Of a stretch of 64,000 nt of DNA, positions 42,188 through 52,128 are shown in pieces; the stretch's first letter is position 1; the number at the start of each line of letters is the position of its first letter. The notes below the pieces were generated by a model. It made no database searches. It had not been told where the DNA came from and saw only the letters and a program-made list of their open reading frames with translations. Made by a program: the position numbers and the translations under genes. This DNA comes from Sphingomonadaceae bacterium (GTDB taxonomy: Bacteria; Chloroflexota; UBA6077): NCBI GenBank assembly GCA_050261575.1, contig JBLNDL010000093.1, forward strand, positions 1-64,000. Reading direction: 5' to 3'.

Positions 42188-43258
42188 TCAGCCCTCAGCC
42201 CTTCGCCGATCGTCGATGGCCGATGACTGACCGCTCAAGTGGCGTAGAGCCTCGCCGTAAGGCTCCCGTGCAACACCGTTTTCCGTGATTATTGCGGTTA
42301 CGAAACGGTGGGGGGTCACGTCGAAGGCTGGATTGGCTACCTCAACCCCCTCCGGAGCGATGCGTTGTCCGGCGACGTAGAGAACCTCGCGCGGGCCTCT
42401 CTCCTCGATCACTATCTGCTCGCCCGAGGACAGGGAAAGGTCCAGCGTGGAGGTGGGTGCCGCCACGTAGAACGGGATCCCGTTCTCCTTGGCGAGCACC
42501 GCCACCGAGTAGGTGCCGATCTTGTTGGCCACGTCACCGTTGGCGGCGATGCGGTCGGCCCCCACCACGATGGCGTCGATCGCCCCGCGCTGCATGAAAT
42601 GACCGGCCATGTTGTCGGTGATCAGGGTCACCGGTATCCCATCTGCAACCAGTTCCCAGGCGGTTAGCCGCGCACCCTGCAGGAAGGGCCGAGTCTCGTC
42701 GGCGAAGACCCGAATCCGCTTCCCTCTCTCGATTGCGGCCCGGATCACCCCGAGTGCGGTGCCGTAGGCCACTGTGGCCAGGGCGCCAGCGTTGCAGTGG
42801 GTAAGAACGGTTCCCTCTTCCGGCAGCAGTTCCGCGCCGAATGCGCCGATGCGGCGGTTGATCTCCACATCCTCCTCGGCCATCCGGAGTGCCGTCTCCA
42901 CCATCCGGCGCTTGGTCGCCTCGACACCCCGCTCGAAAGCGGTCATCGCCACCGACAGCATCCTCTCGATTGCCCAGAAGAGGTTCACTGCCGTGGGGCG
43001 GGTGCTCCTCAGCCGCTCGGCGGCCCGTGCCATCTGCTCGCGGAAGCCCTCGGGGTCCGAACCTGGATAGGCCATGGCGCCGAGCGCCATCCCGAAGGCC
43101 GCAGCGATGCCGATGGCAGGAGCGCCTCGCACCTTCATGCCCCGGATCGCCTCGGCCACCTCCTCGAAGGTGGCGCATTCCACCCACTCTTCCTTGAGGG
43201 GCAACTGGGTTTGATCGATGAGACGTACTCTTCCCTCGATCCACTCGATGGTGTTCAA
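42188..43258 (-). CDS. mtnA: Methylthioribose-1-phosphate isomerase
   Basis: [47 protein letters not shown] start after GGAGG. Confidence 0.95.
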   Translation of the reverse strand: MNTIEWIEGRVRLIDQTQLPLKEEWVECATFEEVAEAIRGMKVRGAPAIGIAAAFGMALGAMAYPGSDPEGFREQMARAAERLRSTRPTAVNLFWAIERMLSVAMTAFERGVEATKRRMVETALRMAEEDVEINRRIGAFGAELLPEEGTVLTHCNAGALATVAYGTALGVIRAAIERGKRIRVFADETRPFLQGARLTAWELVADGIPVTLITDNMAGHFMQRGAIDAIVVGADRIAANGDVANKIGTYSVAVLAKENGIPFYVAAPTSTLDLSLSSGEQIVIEERGPREVLYVAGQRIAPEGVEVANPAFDVTPHRFVTAIITENGVAREPYGEALRHLSGQSSAIDDRRRAEG

Positions 43259-43320
43259 CTGCGCGGGATACCTCCCTCGACAGCGGGGATTGGTGGCCGG
43301 AAATGGAGCGGCAGCGCACA

Positions 43321-43351
43321 CAAAAAGGCTTCTCACAGGAGAGAAGCCTTA
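43321..43351 (-). terminator. Intrinsic terminator of the SAM riboswitch expression platform
   Basis: Minus strand AAGGCTTCTC-TCCTGT-GAGAAGCCTTTTTG. Confidence 0.85.
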
Positions 43352-43360
43352 GCTAGTTCC

Positions 43361-43516
43361 CTCTCATCTTTCAGGACGTCGTCCTGTCGGACTTGGCACC
43401 ATACCCGCACCGCTCGCTCCGACACGGAGACGTGACTCGCCGCATCTCCGGAGTTCAGCGACGGGGTTGGTTGCCGGGCTTCATCGGGCCAGTCCCTCCA
43501 CCACTCGCGATAAGAG
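43361..43516 (-). ncRNA. SAM-I (S-box) riboswitch with extended P3
   Basis: Minus strand CTCTTATC-GCGAGTGGTGGAGGGACTGGCCCGATGAAGCCCGGCAACC...GGTGCCAAGTCC...AAAGATGAGAG, upstream of mtnA. Confidence 0.95.
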
Positions 43517-43543
43517 TGACCACCTATTCAGTTGTCGCCGGAA

Positions 43544-43572
43544 AGTATATCAGATCCCTCCAGGGGTGCCAA
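43544..43572 (-). promoter_or_regulatory. Promoter of the riboswitch-mtnA operon
   Basis: TTGGCA-17 nt-TATACT, about 25 nt upstream of the aptamer. Confidence 0.7.
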
Positions 43573-43623
43573 CAAGCACAGCCACCAGGCTCGCGCCGGC
43601 GCGCGGCGACCGTGGGTATCTCG

Positions 43624-43697
43624 CTAAGCAGGTATCACTAGATAGAGTACACGTTTCCCGCAATAGGAGTTGACACGAGCCAGAGATGCCCGCCTAG
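43624..43697 (+). mobile_element. 74-bp MITE-like element, copy 4
   Basis: CTAAGCAGGTATCAC...GAGTACACGTTTCCCG...GAGTTGACACGAGC..GAGATGCCCGCCTAG. Confidence 0.8.
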
Positions 43698-44206
43698 TAC
43701 TGGATCTGGGTGAAGATCTCGTAGCCTTTCAGTCTCTCGCGGCCGCGGAGGAAGGTGAGTTCGATCAGGAACGCGAGGCCCACGACGACGCCTCCCAGCA
43801 TCTCCACCAGTTTGACGGTGGCGACGGTGGTGCCGCCAGTGGCCAGCAGGTCGTCGACGACCAGCACTCGCTGTCCCGGCTGAATGGCATCCTTGTGCAT
43901 CTCCAGGGTGTTTGTGCCGTACTCGAGGGAGTACTCGCAGCGCACCGTCTCCGCCGGCAGCTTGCCCAGCTTCCGGACGGGGATCAGGCCCGCGCCCAGC
44001 AGGTAGGCCAGGGGAGCGGCGAAGATGAAACCACGCGATTCCATCCCCACCACTGCGTCGATCTTGAGGTCCTTGTACCTGTTGTACATGACGTCGATGG
44101 CTTGATGATATGCGTCCGGATCCTTGAGCAGGGTGGTGATGTCCTTGAAGAGGACGCCCTTAACGGGGAAATCAGGGACGTCTCGGATCTTCTCCTCGAG
44201 CTTCAT
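43694..44206 (-). CDS. apt: Adenine phosphoribosyltransferase
   Basis: PDFP..GVLFKDIT, ESRGF, RKLGKLP, LEYG, VDDLLATGGT. Confidence 0.97.
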   Translation of the reverse strand: MKLEEKIRDVPDFPVKGVLFKDITTLLKDPDAYHQAIDVMYNRYKDLKIDAVVGMESRGFIFAAPLAYLLGAGLIPVRKLGKLPAETVRCEYSLEYGTNTLEMHKDAIQPGQRVLVVDDLLATGGTTVATVKLVEMLGGVVVGLAFLIELTFLRGRERLKGYEIFTQIQY

Positions 44207-44235
44207 TCCGTCTCCTCTCCTCCTTGAGCCTCCGG

Positions 44236-47200
44236 CTAGACACGAGCCGGCGGGATTCTATCACATGGGCTGGGGAATCCAAGCGCCTCTTCTGCCTGCT
44301 TTCTCAGATCCTCCATCACGTCCTGGAGCAGGGCTATCCACTCCTCGCCCCGCCCCATCTGCAGCCGCACCTGGTTGGGCAGTACCCGCACCCGGGGACC
44401 GTGGTTGCGTTGCAGCCTTCCCCGGGCCGTAAGGGGGATCCCATCCAGCCTGAGCACGACCTCGTCCTCCACAGTGGACACCGACTTCACGCCGATCCTG
44501 GCCGCAGCCAGCTTAACGTTGAGCAGGAAGAACAGGTTCTGAGCCTCCAGGGGCAGGGGGCCGAAGCGATCCTGGATCTCTTCCAGCAACGCGCCCAGCT
44601 CCTCTTCCCTCGCCACCGCCGAGAGCCTCTGGTAGAGGCTGAGCCGCACTGCCTCGTCCGCCACGTACCTCTCCGGAAGGTGGGCCGGAAGCGGCAGATC
44701 GACGCTGACCTCCGGCTCCACGGGGGTGGACCGCTTTCCCTGGAGGTCGGCCACGGCTTCGGCCAGCAGTCGGGTGTACAGATCGAAGCCCACCTGGTTC
44801 ACCTGGCCGTGCTGCTCCACCCCCAGCAGGTTGCCAGCCCCCCGAATCTCCAGGTCCTTCATGGCGATCCGGAATCCGGACCCCAGCTCGGTATTCTCGA
44901 AGATGGTCTTCAGCCGCTTTTCGGCTACCTCGGACAACTGCCTTCTCCCGTCGTAGAGGAAGTAGGCGTAGGCTCGATTGGCCCCCCGGCCGACGCGGCC
45001 GCGCAACTGGTAGAGTTGGGCGAGGCCGAAGCTGTTCGCCTGGTTCACGATGATGGTGTTGACGTTCGGTATGTCCAGCCCGGACTCGATGATGGTGGTG
45101 CACACCAGCACGTCGTGCCTGCCGTCGGCGAACTCCACCATCACCCTCTCCAGCTTCTCCTCCGGCATCTGGCCGTGTCCCACGATGATCCGGGCCTCCG
45201 GGACCAGCTTCTGTAGCTGGCTGGCCACGTGGTGGATGTTGTGGACCCGGTTGTGGACGAAGTAGACCTGTCCACCCCGGTCCAGCTCCCGAAGAATCGC
45301 CTCCCGAACCAGGCTGTCGCTGTACTCTGCCACGAAGGTGCGGATCGGCAGCCGGTCCTCTGGCGGCGTCTCCATCGTGCTCATGTCCCGAATCCCAGAG
45401 AGGGCCATGTGGAGGGTCCTTGGTATGGGAGTGGCGCTGAGGGTGAGGACGTCCACCTGCTGGCGCAACTGCTTCAACCGCTCTTTGTGCATCACCCCGA
45501 AGCGTTGCTCCTCATCCACGATCACCAGCCCCAGATCCTTGAACTGGACGTCCTTCTGGATCAGCCGGTGGGTGCCGATGCAGATGTCCACGGCGCCCAT
45601 CCGGAGCCCTTCCACCACCTGCCGCTGCTCCCTTTCCGACCGGAAGCGGGAGAGCATCTCCACGTTGACCGGGTAGGCCGCGAGGCGCTCGCGGAAGGTG
45701 TTGTGGTGCTGCTGGGCCAGGACGGTAGTGGGAACCAGCACGGCCACCTGCTTTCCATCCATCACCGCCTTGAAGGCGGCCCGCAGCGCCACCTCCGTCT
45801 TCCCGTATCCGACGTCGCCACAGATGAGTCGATCCATGGGCTTGGGCGTTTCCATATCGCCTTTCACCTCCCGGATTGCCTGGAGCTGGTCCTCCGTCTC
45901 CACGTAGGGGAAGGATGCCTCTAGCTCGGCCTGCCAAGGGGTGTCCGGCGGGAAGGCGTAGCCGGGCTGCGACTGGCGCGCGGAGTAGACGGCCAGGAGC
46001 TCCTTGGCGACGTTGCGCACCGAGTTCTTGACCCGCTCCTTAGCTCGCGCCCACTCGGAGGTGCCGAGGCGGCTGAGAGCCGGCCGCTCCTCGCCCGCTC
46101 CCACGTAGCGGGCAACTCTGTCCGCCTGATCCACCGGCACGTACAGCTTGTCGGTCTCGGCGTACTCCAGCACCAGGTACTCCCGCTCCCGGCCGTCGTC
46201 CGTGGCCATCCGCTGCAGCCCCAGGTAGCGACCGATGCCATGCTCCACGTGGACGGCCAGCTCCCCCTCCACCAGATCGCTGACGAACGCCTCCCTCGGG
46301 GCCGAGCGGCGGCGGACCACGCGATGGGCCTTGGTCCACCCGAAGATGTCCCCGTCGCCCAGTACCACGGCACCCAGCAGCTCACTGGCCCAACCGTGCC
46401 GCAACGCGCCGTGGACGAGGTGGAGGCCGGGCTCAGGCTCCTGGAGGATGGCCTGTTCCGGTGCGATGGGACGATCCCTCTCTGCCAGCAGGGCGCCCAG
46501 CCTCTGGCTCTGCTGGCTCACCAGCAGAACGATGTTCTGAATGCCGAGCGCCGAGCGCTGAGTGCCGGGTCCTGAACCCTGGGTGCTGGCGGTCGAATCC
46601 TCGGGACGCAGGCCCCCGGACGCAGGACTGGAAGCTGCCAGCCGAAGCGCTTCGTCCAGGACGAGGCGCACCTTGCCCCCATAGCTGGCCGGAGCGGCGA
46701 AGGGCAGCTCCTCGGCCTCCGGGTCGTAGCGCATCTCCACGACGGCTCGGCCGCGCCGGCCCTCGTCCCGGATGACGTTCCACTCCCGCAGTGCCGGAGG
46801 GAGCCCGATTGGGATCTCCCCTCGCTCCACCGCCTGCAGTTGGAGGTGGGTCGCTTGCGCGGACAGATCCTCACCAACCGAGGCGATCTGAGCGGGGTCG
46901 TCCAGCACGAGCAGCCCGCCCTGGGGCAGGTAGTCCAGGAGGGTGCTCCTGCCCAGGAAGCCCCGGTAGAAGCCCAGGTGTGGCGGGGCCTCGCCCAGCA
47001 CCAGCCGTTCCAGATCCCTGCCGAGGCTCTCCCGCGATGCCGGACTGCAGTTGGACAGGTCGAGTGCGCGCAATCGGGATCTGGTCTCCTCGTCTGCGGG
47101 GGGCAGAACCTCGTGTGGGGGGGTGATGACCACCTCCTCCACCCGATCAACCGAACGCTGGGTGGCCGGATCGTAGCTCCGGATGGATTCGATCTCGTCA

Positions 47201-47808
47201 CCGAACAGCTCGATCCTAAAGGGCGTGGGGCTGCCCGGCGGGTAGATGTCCAGGATGCCGCCTCGCCTGCTGAAGCCGCCCGGCGTCTCGACGACGGTGG
47301 TGGGGTCGTAGCCCAGCTCCACCCAGCGCTTGAGGGTGGTCTGCAGGTGTATCCGCTGGCCGACCCTCAGCACCATCACACTCCGGTTCAGCTCAGAGGG
47401 CGTCATTACCAGCTCCATCATGGCTCTGGCGCAAGCGACGACGACGAGTGACGAGCATTGAGCCAACTCGGCCAACGCCCTCAGCCTGGAGGCGGTGGAC
47501 AGGGGGTCGGCGGGCATCCGCTCGTACGGCAGGGAGTCGGGCTCGGGGAAGAGGAGCACTCGGTCGGGGTCGGCCGACCAGAGGGCGATCTGCTCCTGCA
47601 ACTCCCGAGCCCGGCCCGGGCGCGGGGTCACCACCAGGATGGGCGCTCTCAGCCGCTCCTGGAGGGCAGCGAGCAGGTAGGGCTTGACCCCTTCGACCGG
47701 GGCGAGGGCCACGGTCTCCCCGGCGCGGAGCTGCCGCAGCAGCGCGGGGAAGCGCTCCCACCGATCTATGAGATTGAGCAGGCCGCACAGTTTCACAGCG
47801 GATTCCAT
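44236..47808 (-). CDS. mfd: Transcription-repair coupling factor, with an in-frame repeat-derived insertion
   Basis: VHVEHGIGRY, GDVGYGKTEVA, DEEQRFG, SATPIPRT, QLRGRVGR, DLEIRGAGNLLG. Confidence 0.97.
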   Translation of the reverse strand: MESAVKLCGLLNLIDRWERFPALLRQLRAGETVALAPVEGVKPYLLAALQERLRAPILVVTPRPGRARELQEQIALWSADPDRVLLFPEPDSLPYERMPADPLSTASRLRALAELAQCSSLVVVACARAMMELVMTPSELNRSVMVLRVGQRIHLQTTLKRWVELGYDPTTVVETPGGFSRRGGILDIYPPGSPTPFRIELFGDEIESIRSYDPATQRSVDRVEEVVITPPHEVLPPADEETRSRLRALDLSNCSPASRESLGRDLERLVLGEAPPHLGFYRGFLGRSTLLDYLPQGGLLVLDDPAQIASVGEDLSAQATHLQLQAVERGEIPIGLPPALREWNVIRDEGRRGRAVVEMRYDPEAEELPFAAPASYGGKVRLVLDEALRLAASSPASGGLRPEDSTASTQGSGPGTQRSALGIQNIVLLVSQQSQRLGALLAERDRPIAPEQAILQEPEPGLHLVHGALRHGWASELLGAVVLGDGDIFGWTKAHRVVRRRSAPREAFVSDLVEGELAVHVEHGIGRYLGLQRMATDDGREREYLVLEYAETDKLYVPVDQADRVARYVGAGEERPALSRLGTSEWARAKERVKNSVRNVAKELLAVYSARQSQPGYAFPPDTPWQAELEASFPYVETEDQLQAIREVKGDMETPKPMDRLICGDVGYGKTEVALRAAFKAVMDGKQVAVLVPTTVLAQQHHNTFRERLAAYPVNVEMLSRFRSEREQRQVVEGLRMGAVDICIGTHRLIQKDVQFKDLGLVIVDEEQRFGVMHKERLKQLRQQVDVLTLSATPIPRTLHMALSGIRDMSTMETPPEDRLPIRTFVAEYSDSLVREAILRELDRGGQVYFVHNRVHNIHHVASQLQKLVPEARIIVGHGQMPEEKLERVMVEFADGRHDVLVCTTIIESGLDIPNVNTIIVNQANSFGLAQLYQLRGRVGRGANRAYAYFLYDGRRQLSEVAEKRLKTIFENTELGSGFRIAMKDLEIRGAGNLLGVEQHGQVNQVGFDLYTRLLAEAVADLQGKRSTPVEPEVSVDLPLPAHLPERYVADEAVRLSLYQRLSAVAREEELGALLEEIQDRFGPLPLEAQNLFFLLNVKLAAARIGVKSVSTVEDEVVLRLDGIPLTARGRLQRNHGPRVRVLPNQVRLQMGRGEEWIALLQDVMEDLRKQAEEALGFPSPCDRIPPARV

Positions 47809-47909
47809 TGCCGCGCCTCGAGTATGCGATCAGGTTCTCTGCCCCGCCGCCCGGCTCCGGCCTTGCATCCAACGGTCAGCCTTTTCAGTGGGCGACGCCC
47901 GGCTGATGG

Positions 47910-48476
47910 CTAGTTGAATCGGTTCATCGCAGCTTCCAGCCCCTCGCCGAGGGCGACCTCCACGGCCTCCACCGCGCGATCGAGGGCTTCATCCATCACC
48001 GAACGTTCCTCGGCGGAGAACTGCCCGAGGACGTGGTCCACCGCGTCCATCTCCGAGGGGCGGCCGATGCCGATCCGCAGGCGAGGGAAATCGCTGGTTC
48101 CGAGCGTCGCGATGATGGACTGCATACCCCGGTGCCCGCCAGCGCTCCCTCTCTCTCGGAGACGGAGCTTGCCGACCGGCAGGTCCCGGTCGTCGTAGAT
48201 CACCAGGATATCCTCGGGGGCGATCCTGTAGAAGCGCGCCAGACAGGCTACCGACTCGCCGCTCAGATTCATGTAAGTTTGGGGTTTGGCGAGGCACACC
48301 CTTTGCCCCGACACGGTCGCGAGAGCGGTGAGGGCGTTGCACTGCCTCTTGGTGATGCTGGCTCCGTGCTTCCTTGCCAGACGGTCCAGCGCCATGAACC
48401 CCACGTTGTGCCGAGTGGCGGCGTACCTGGAGCCCGGGTTGCCGAGTCCGATGACGAGCTTCACCTGTCTCTCCAA
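47910..48476 (-). CDS. pth: Peptidyl-tRNA hydrolase
   Basis: GLGNPG, TRHNVGF, KPQTYMNLSG, GSAGGHRG, RLRIGIGRP. Confidence 0.97.
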   Translation of the reverse strand: MERQVKLVIGLGNPGSRYAATRHNVGFMALDRLARKHGASITKRQCNALTALATVSGQRVCLAKPQTYMNLSGESVACLARFYRIAPEDILVIYDDRDLPVGKLRLRERGSAGGHRGMQSIIATLGTSDFPRLRIGIGRPSEMDAVDHVLGQFSAEERSVMDEALDRAVEAVEVALGEGLEAAMNRFN

Positions 48477-48690
48477 ACACTCGTAGGGGCTGGTCGCGAC
48501 GACCAGCCCCGTGGTCTCCCAATTACCTGGGTCTGTAGCCGCCCAGGCGCCAACTCTATTCTACCAGAATCGTTGGCCGGTCGATCCCAGAGGGCGGGCC
48601 GAGCGCCCAGCGGGCATCTCGCCAGAACCCAGAGCGGGTGAGGAGTGTGGTGGCTCGGGTTTGGAGAGTGAAGAGTGACCTGCTCATCAC

Positions 48691-50091
48691 TCAGTAGGCA
48701 TTGCCGCCTTTGAAGACGGCGAAGAGGGTTCGCAGCAGGATCTTGATGTCGAAGAGGGGCGACCAGTTCTCCACGTAGTAGAGGTCGTACTTGGTGCGCT
48801 CCTCGATGGAGGTGTTGCCCCGCAGGCCGTTCACCTGCGCCCACCCCGTCATCCCGGCCTTCTCGTTGTGGCGCTCCGCGTACCTAGGGATGATCTGGCT
48901 GAACTGCTCCACGAAGTAGGGGCGTTCCGGCCGCGGGCCCACCAGGCTCATCTCCCCGATAAGGACGTTGATCAACTGCGGCAACTCGTCGATGGAATAG
49001 CGCCTCATGAAGCGGCCGAATCGGGTCGTGCGCTTGTCGCCGGGCTTGGCCCAGACGGGGCCCGATTCCTTCTCTGCGTCCGGAACCATGGAGCGGAACT
49101 TCAGCAGTTCGAAGGGCTTCCCGTCCAGTCCCACACGGACCTGGCTGAAGAAGACGGGGCCGTTGGGGGATGTGAGCTTGATGACCAGCGCAGTCAGCAT
49201 CAGGAGGGGTGAGAAGAGCACGAGCGCGACGGCGCTGATGGTGAGGTCCATGGTGCGCTTGATGGCCTGGTGCCACCAGCGGAGGGAGACGTCTCGAACC
49301 CGCAGCAGCGGGAGCCCCCCCAACTCCGCGACGGCCACCTCGCTGGACATGATCTGGAAGGCGTCTGGGAACACCTTGACGTTGATCTTCATCTTCCCGC
49401 AAGTGTGCACCAGGTGGAGGATCTGCTTGTGGGAGAGAGAGGACGAGGCGAACACCACCTCGTCGATACGATACTCGGTCACGACTTGCGGCAGGCAGGA
49501 GGTCGGCCCCAGAACCGGTGTGTTCCCCGGCGGGATCACGGTCGGATCGTCCTCGAGGAAGCCGATCACGGTGTATCCCAGGCCGGGCCAGTTGGCTATC
49601 CGGTCGTAGATGATCTGGCCAGGCTCGTCGGCCCCCACTATCAGCAGCCGTTCCTGGTTGATGCCCAGGCTGCGCAGTATCGAGACGAGGCCGTTCAGCA
49701 GCATCCGGGAGGTCCACAACAGCAGTGTGGCGATGGCCCAGCAGTAGATCATGACCCATCGGGGGTAGTCGATCCCCTTGAAGAGGATGGTGCTCGCCCC
49801 AAGGGCCAGCAGGTTTCCGAAGGTCACGGATAGCAAGACGGAGTAGAAGAGGTCGATGCGGGAGACGCCCCTCTGTGGGACGTAGAGGCGGGCGGCCAGC
49901 ATGGCCCCGATGACCCCCACCGCGATCAGCATCACCAACTCCTGATAGGCAACGAGTGGCGGCATGGTGATGGCTGCGCGGGGCTCCATGTTCAGCCTCA
50001 GGTTGTAGGCCATCACGAAGGAGCCGAACAGCAGCACGAGATCGCTCGCCAGCAGAAAGAGGCCGAAGGCGAGGGCGAAGAGTCGCTTCAT
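48691..50091 (-). CDS. Undecaprenyl-phosphate glucose phosphotransferase (WcaJ-like priming transferase)
   Basis: KRTMD, KFRSM, DELPQLINV..GEMSLVGPRPE, GMTGWAQVNG. Confidence 0.93.
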   Translation of the reverse strand: MKRLFALAFGLFLLASDLVLLFGSFVMAYNLRLNMEPRAAITMPPLVAYQELVMLIAVGVIGAMLAARLYVPQRGVSRIDLFYSVLLSVTFGNLLALGASTILFKGIDYPRWVMIYCWAIATLLLWTSRMLLNGLVSILRSLGINQERLLIVGADEPGQIIYDRIANWPGLGYTVIGFLEDDPTVIPPGNTPVLGPTSCLPQVVTEYRIDEVVFASSSLSHKQILHLVHTCGKMKINVKVFPDAFQIMSSEVAVAELGGLPLLRVRDVSLRWWHQAIKRTMDLTISAVALVLFSPLLMLTALVIKLTSPNGPVFFSQVRVGLDGKPFELLKFRSMVPDAEKESGPVWAKPGDKRTTRFGRFMRRYSIDELPQLINVLIGEMSLVGPRPERPYFVEQFSQIIPRYAERHNEKAGMTGWAQVNGLRGNTSIEERTKYDLYYVENWSPLFDIKILLRTLFAVFKGGNAY

Positions 50092-51017
50092 CAGGAAACC
50101 CTCCGAGCCTCTGGAGGGCGCAGAGAGTTGACGGCCAGGGAGAAGGCGCACTTCGCCCAGATGGCCGCCACGATCAGCATCCCAAGCAGGCTGTTGGTGC
50201 CGGATGCGTAGTGTTTCTTGTAGAAGAGGTGCATGGCCCGGTAGAACTCGACGATGGTCTTCCGCGGGTGACGTCGGCTGCTGGCCCCCTTGTGGTGCAG
50301 CACCACCACGGCCGGGTTGTAGAGCACCTTCCAGCCCTTGCTCTTGATCCGATATGCCCAGTCCAGGTCCTCCCCGTACATGAAGAAGGACTCGTCCAGA
50401 AGGCCCACCTGGCGAGTTGCCGCTGCCCGGACCATCATGAAGGCTCCCACGACGGAGTCCACCTCTGCCGGTTTGTCCGGGTCCAGGTAGGTGAGGTTGT
50501 ATCTTCCGAACCGGCGGCTCCTGGGGAACAGCTTGCTCAGCCCGAGCATCCGGTAGAAGGAGACCTCCGGGGTGGGAAAGCTGCGCCGGCAGGCGAGATC
50601 GAGGCTGCCGTCCTCCCGCACCAGCTTGGGGCCGGCGATCCCCGCCTCCGGGTGGGCGTCCATGAACGCTACCATCTGATTCAACGCCGAAGGGGGCAAG
50701 ACGGTATCAGGGTTGAGCAGCAGCAGGTACTCCCCCGTGCACTGCCGGAGGGCGAGGTTGTTGGCGAAGGCGTACCCTCGGTTGTCGCTGCAGCGGATCA
50801 GCCGCACCCAAGGAAACTCCGCGGCGACCATCTCGGAGCTGCCGTCGGAGGAAGCGTTATCCACCACGAACAGCTCCGCGAGCGATGGATCCTCGCTCTT
50901 CTCGATGGACTGGAGGCAGGCGCGGAGCAGGTCGCGGGTATTGTAGTTGACGATTACGAGGGAGAGCTTCGGAGTCGCCGCCAACCCTGTCCTCGGTAGC
51001 GCGGGCATGTCCGGCAC
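50091..51017 (-). CDS. GT2 glycosyltransferase (WbbL-like)
   Basis: IVNYNT, VVDNASSDGS, LLNPD, FFMYGEDLDW. Confidence 0.92.
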   Translation of the reverse strand: MPDMPALPRTGLAATPKLSLVIVNYNTRDLLRACLQSIEKSEDPSLAELFVVDNASSDGSSEMVAAEFPWVRLIRCSDNRGYAFANNLALRQCTGEYLLLLNPDTVLPPSALNQMVAFMDAHPEAGIAGPKLVREDGSLDLACRRSFPTPEVSFYRMLGLSKLFPRSRRFGRYNLTYLDPDKPAEVDSVVGAFMMVRAAATRQVGLLDESFFMYGEDLDWAYRIKSKGWKVLYNPAVVVLHHKGASSRRHPRKTIVEFYRAMHLFYKKHYASGTNSLLGMLIVAAIWAKCAFSLAVNSLRPPEARRVS

Positions 51018-51090
51018 GACCGCTAAAGGCGCTACACTCTCGTGATGTTAGATCTACCTGCGGCGATTATAGTGGCGGCCCATCCGCCGG

Positions 51091-51966
51091 TCAAACCGGT
51101 TTCACGCCGTGGATTCTCAACTGGGGATGGATGCCGATGGCACTCGCGATCCGGATGGCGAGTTGGACCGCCCGCAGCCACTGGAACAGCCGGAAGACCT
51201 TCCTCTTGAGCGAGCTTTCGATCAGGTCGGCTTGCTGGGCCTTCCGACGCATCTCGTCCACGTAGACGTCCCGAAGGGAGGTGAAGCCTGCCCGCCGCAT
51301 CGCGGCGATCAGGTGCCGCCGGTAGAGGAAACTGATGTCATCCAGGTGGCGAGGATCCTTCCCTCTCAGCCGCGCGTACAGCTTGCCCAGCGGCTTGGGG
51401 GTGTAAGGCAGCCAGAAGAGGCGATAGTGGAACTCGTACGGATAGAGGTTGTTGGGGGCCTCGTGGTAGCACTGGCCTCCAGGTTTCAGTACCCGATGGG
51501 TCTCTGCCAAAACCTGCTTCAAGTCCTGGAGGTGCTGGAGGACATCGGTGGAGAAGACCAGGTCGAAGCTGGCATCCGGGAAGGGTAGATGCTCGCCGAC
51601 CCCCACCTCGAACTGAACCTGAAGGTCGGAGTAGCGCTGTGCCCGGAGCCGGGAGATCTCCACGCCCGCGGCACTCGGCTCGATGCCGAACACGACTGCG
51701 CCTCGCAGGGCCACCGCGACCGAGCGGCCCCCACTGCCGCTCCCTATCTCCAGGACCCTCATCCCGGCCAGCGAGCCGCACAGCCTCTCGAGCCGTTCGA
51801 CCAGTGGACCCATCTCCCGCTCCTGGAAAAGCTGCTCCCTGCAGCGCTGCCGCGTCTTGGACTCGGAGCGGGAGTAGTAGCGGGAGTAGGAGCGGATGTA
51901 CTCCAGGAGAAGCTGCTCCCTGGCGACGAGGGGGTCTAGGGCCTCCTTGCTGACTGGTATGTCCAC
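51091..51966 (-). CDS. Class I SAM-dependent methyltransferase
   Basis: VLEIGSGSG, LPFPDASFDLV, RVLKPGG. Confidence 0.9.
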   Translation of the reverse strand: MDIPVSKEALDPLVAREQLLLEYIRSYSRYYSRSESKTRQRCREQLFQEREMGPLVERLERLCGSLAGMRVLEIGSGSGGRSVAVALRGAVVFGIEPSAAGVEISRLRAQRYSDLQVQFEVGVGEHLPFPDASFDLVFSTDVLQHLQDLKQVLAETHRVLKPGGQCYHEAPNNLYPYEFHYRLFWLPYTPKPLGKLYARLRGKDPRHLDDISFLYRRHLIAAMRRAGFTSLRDVYVDEMRRKAQQADLIESSLKRKVFRLFQWLRAVQLAIRIASAIGIHPQLRIHGVKPV

Positions 51967-52128
51967 TGTCAGGGCCTCCGGGGGGTTGGTAGGGAGCCAG
52001 TTGAACTACGAACGACGCGGGACGCCGGGAACGGATTCAAGCGTAGCCGAACTAGGCGTTGGAGGGAAGATACCGATTTCTGGGCATCGACTCCCGCAAC
52101 GATCGTGCCAGGAGGGGTGGTCCCAGTG

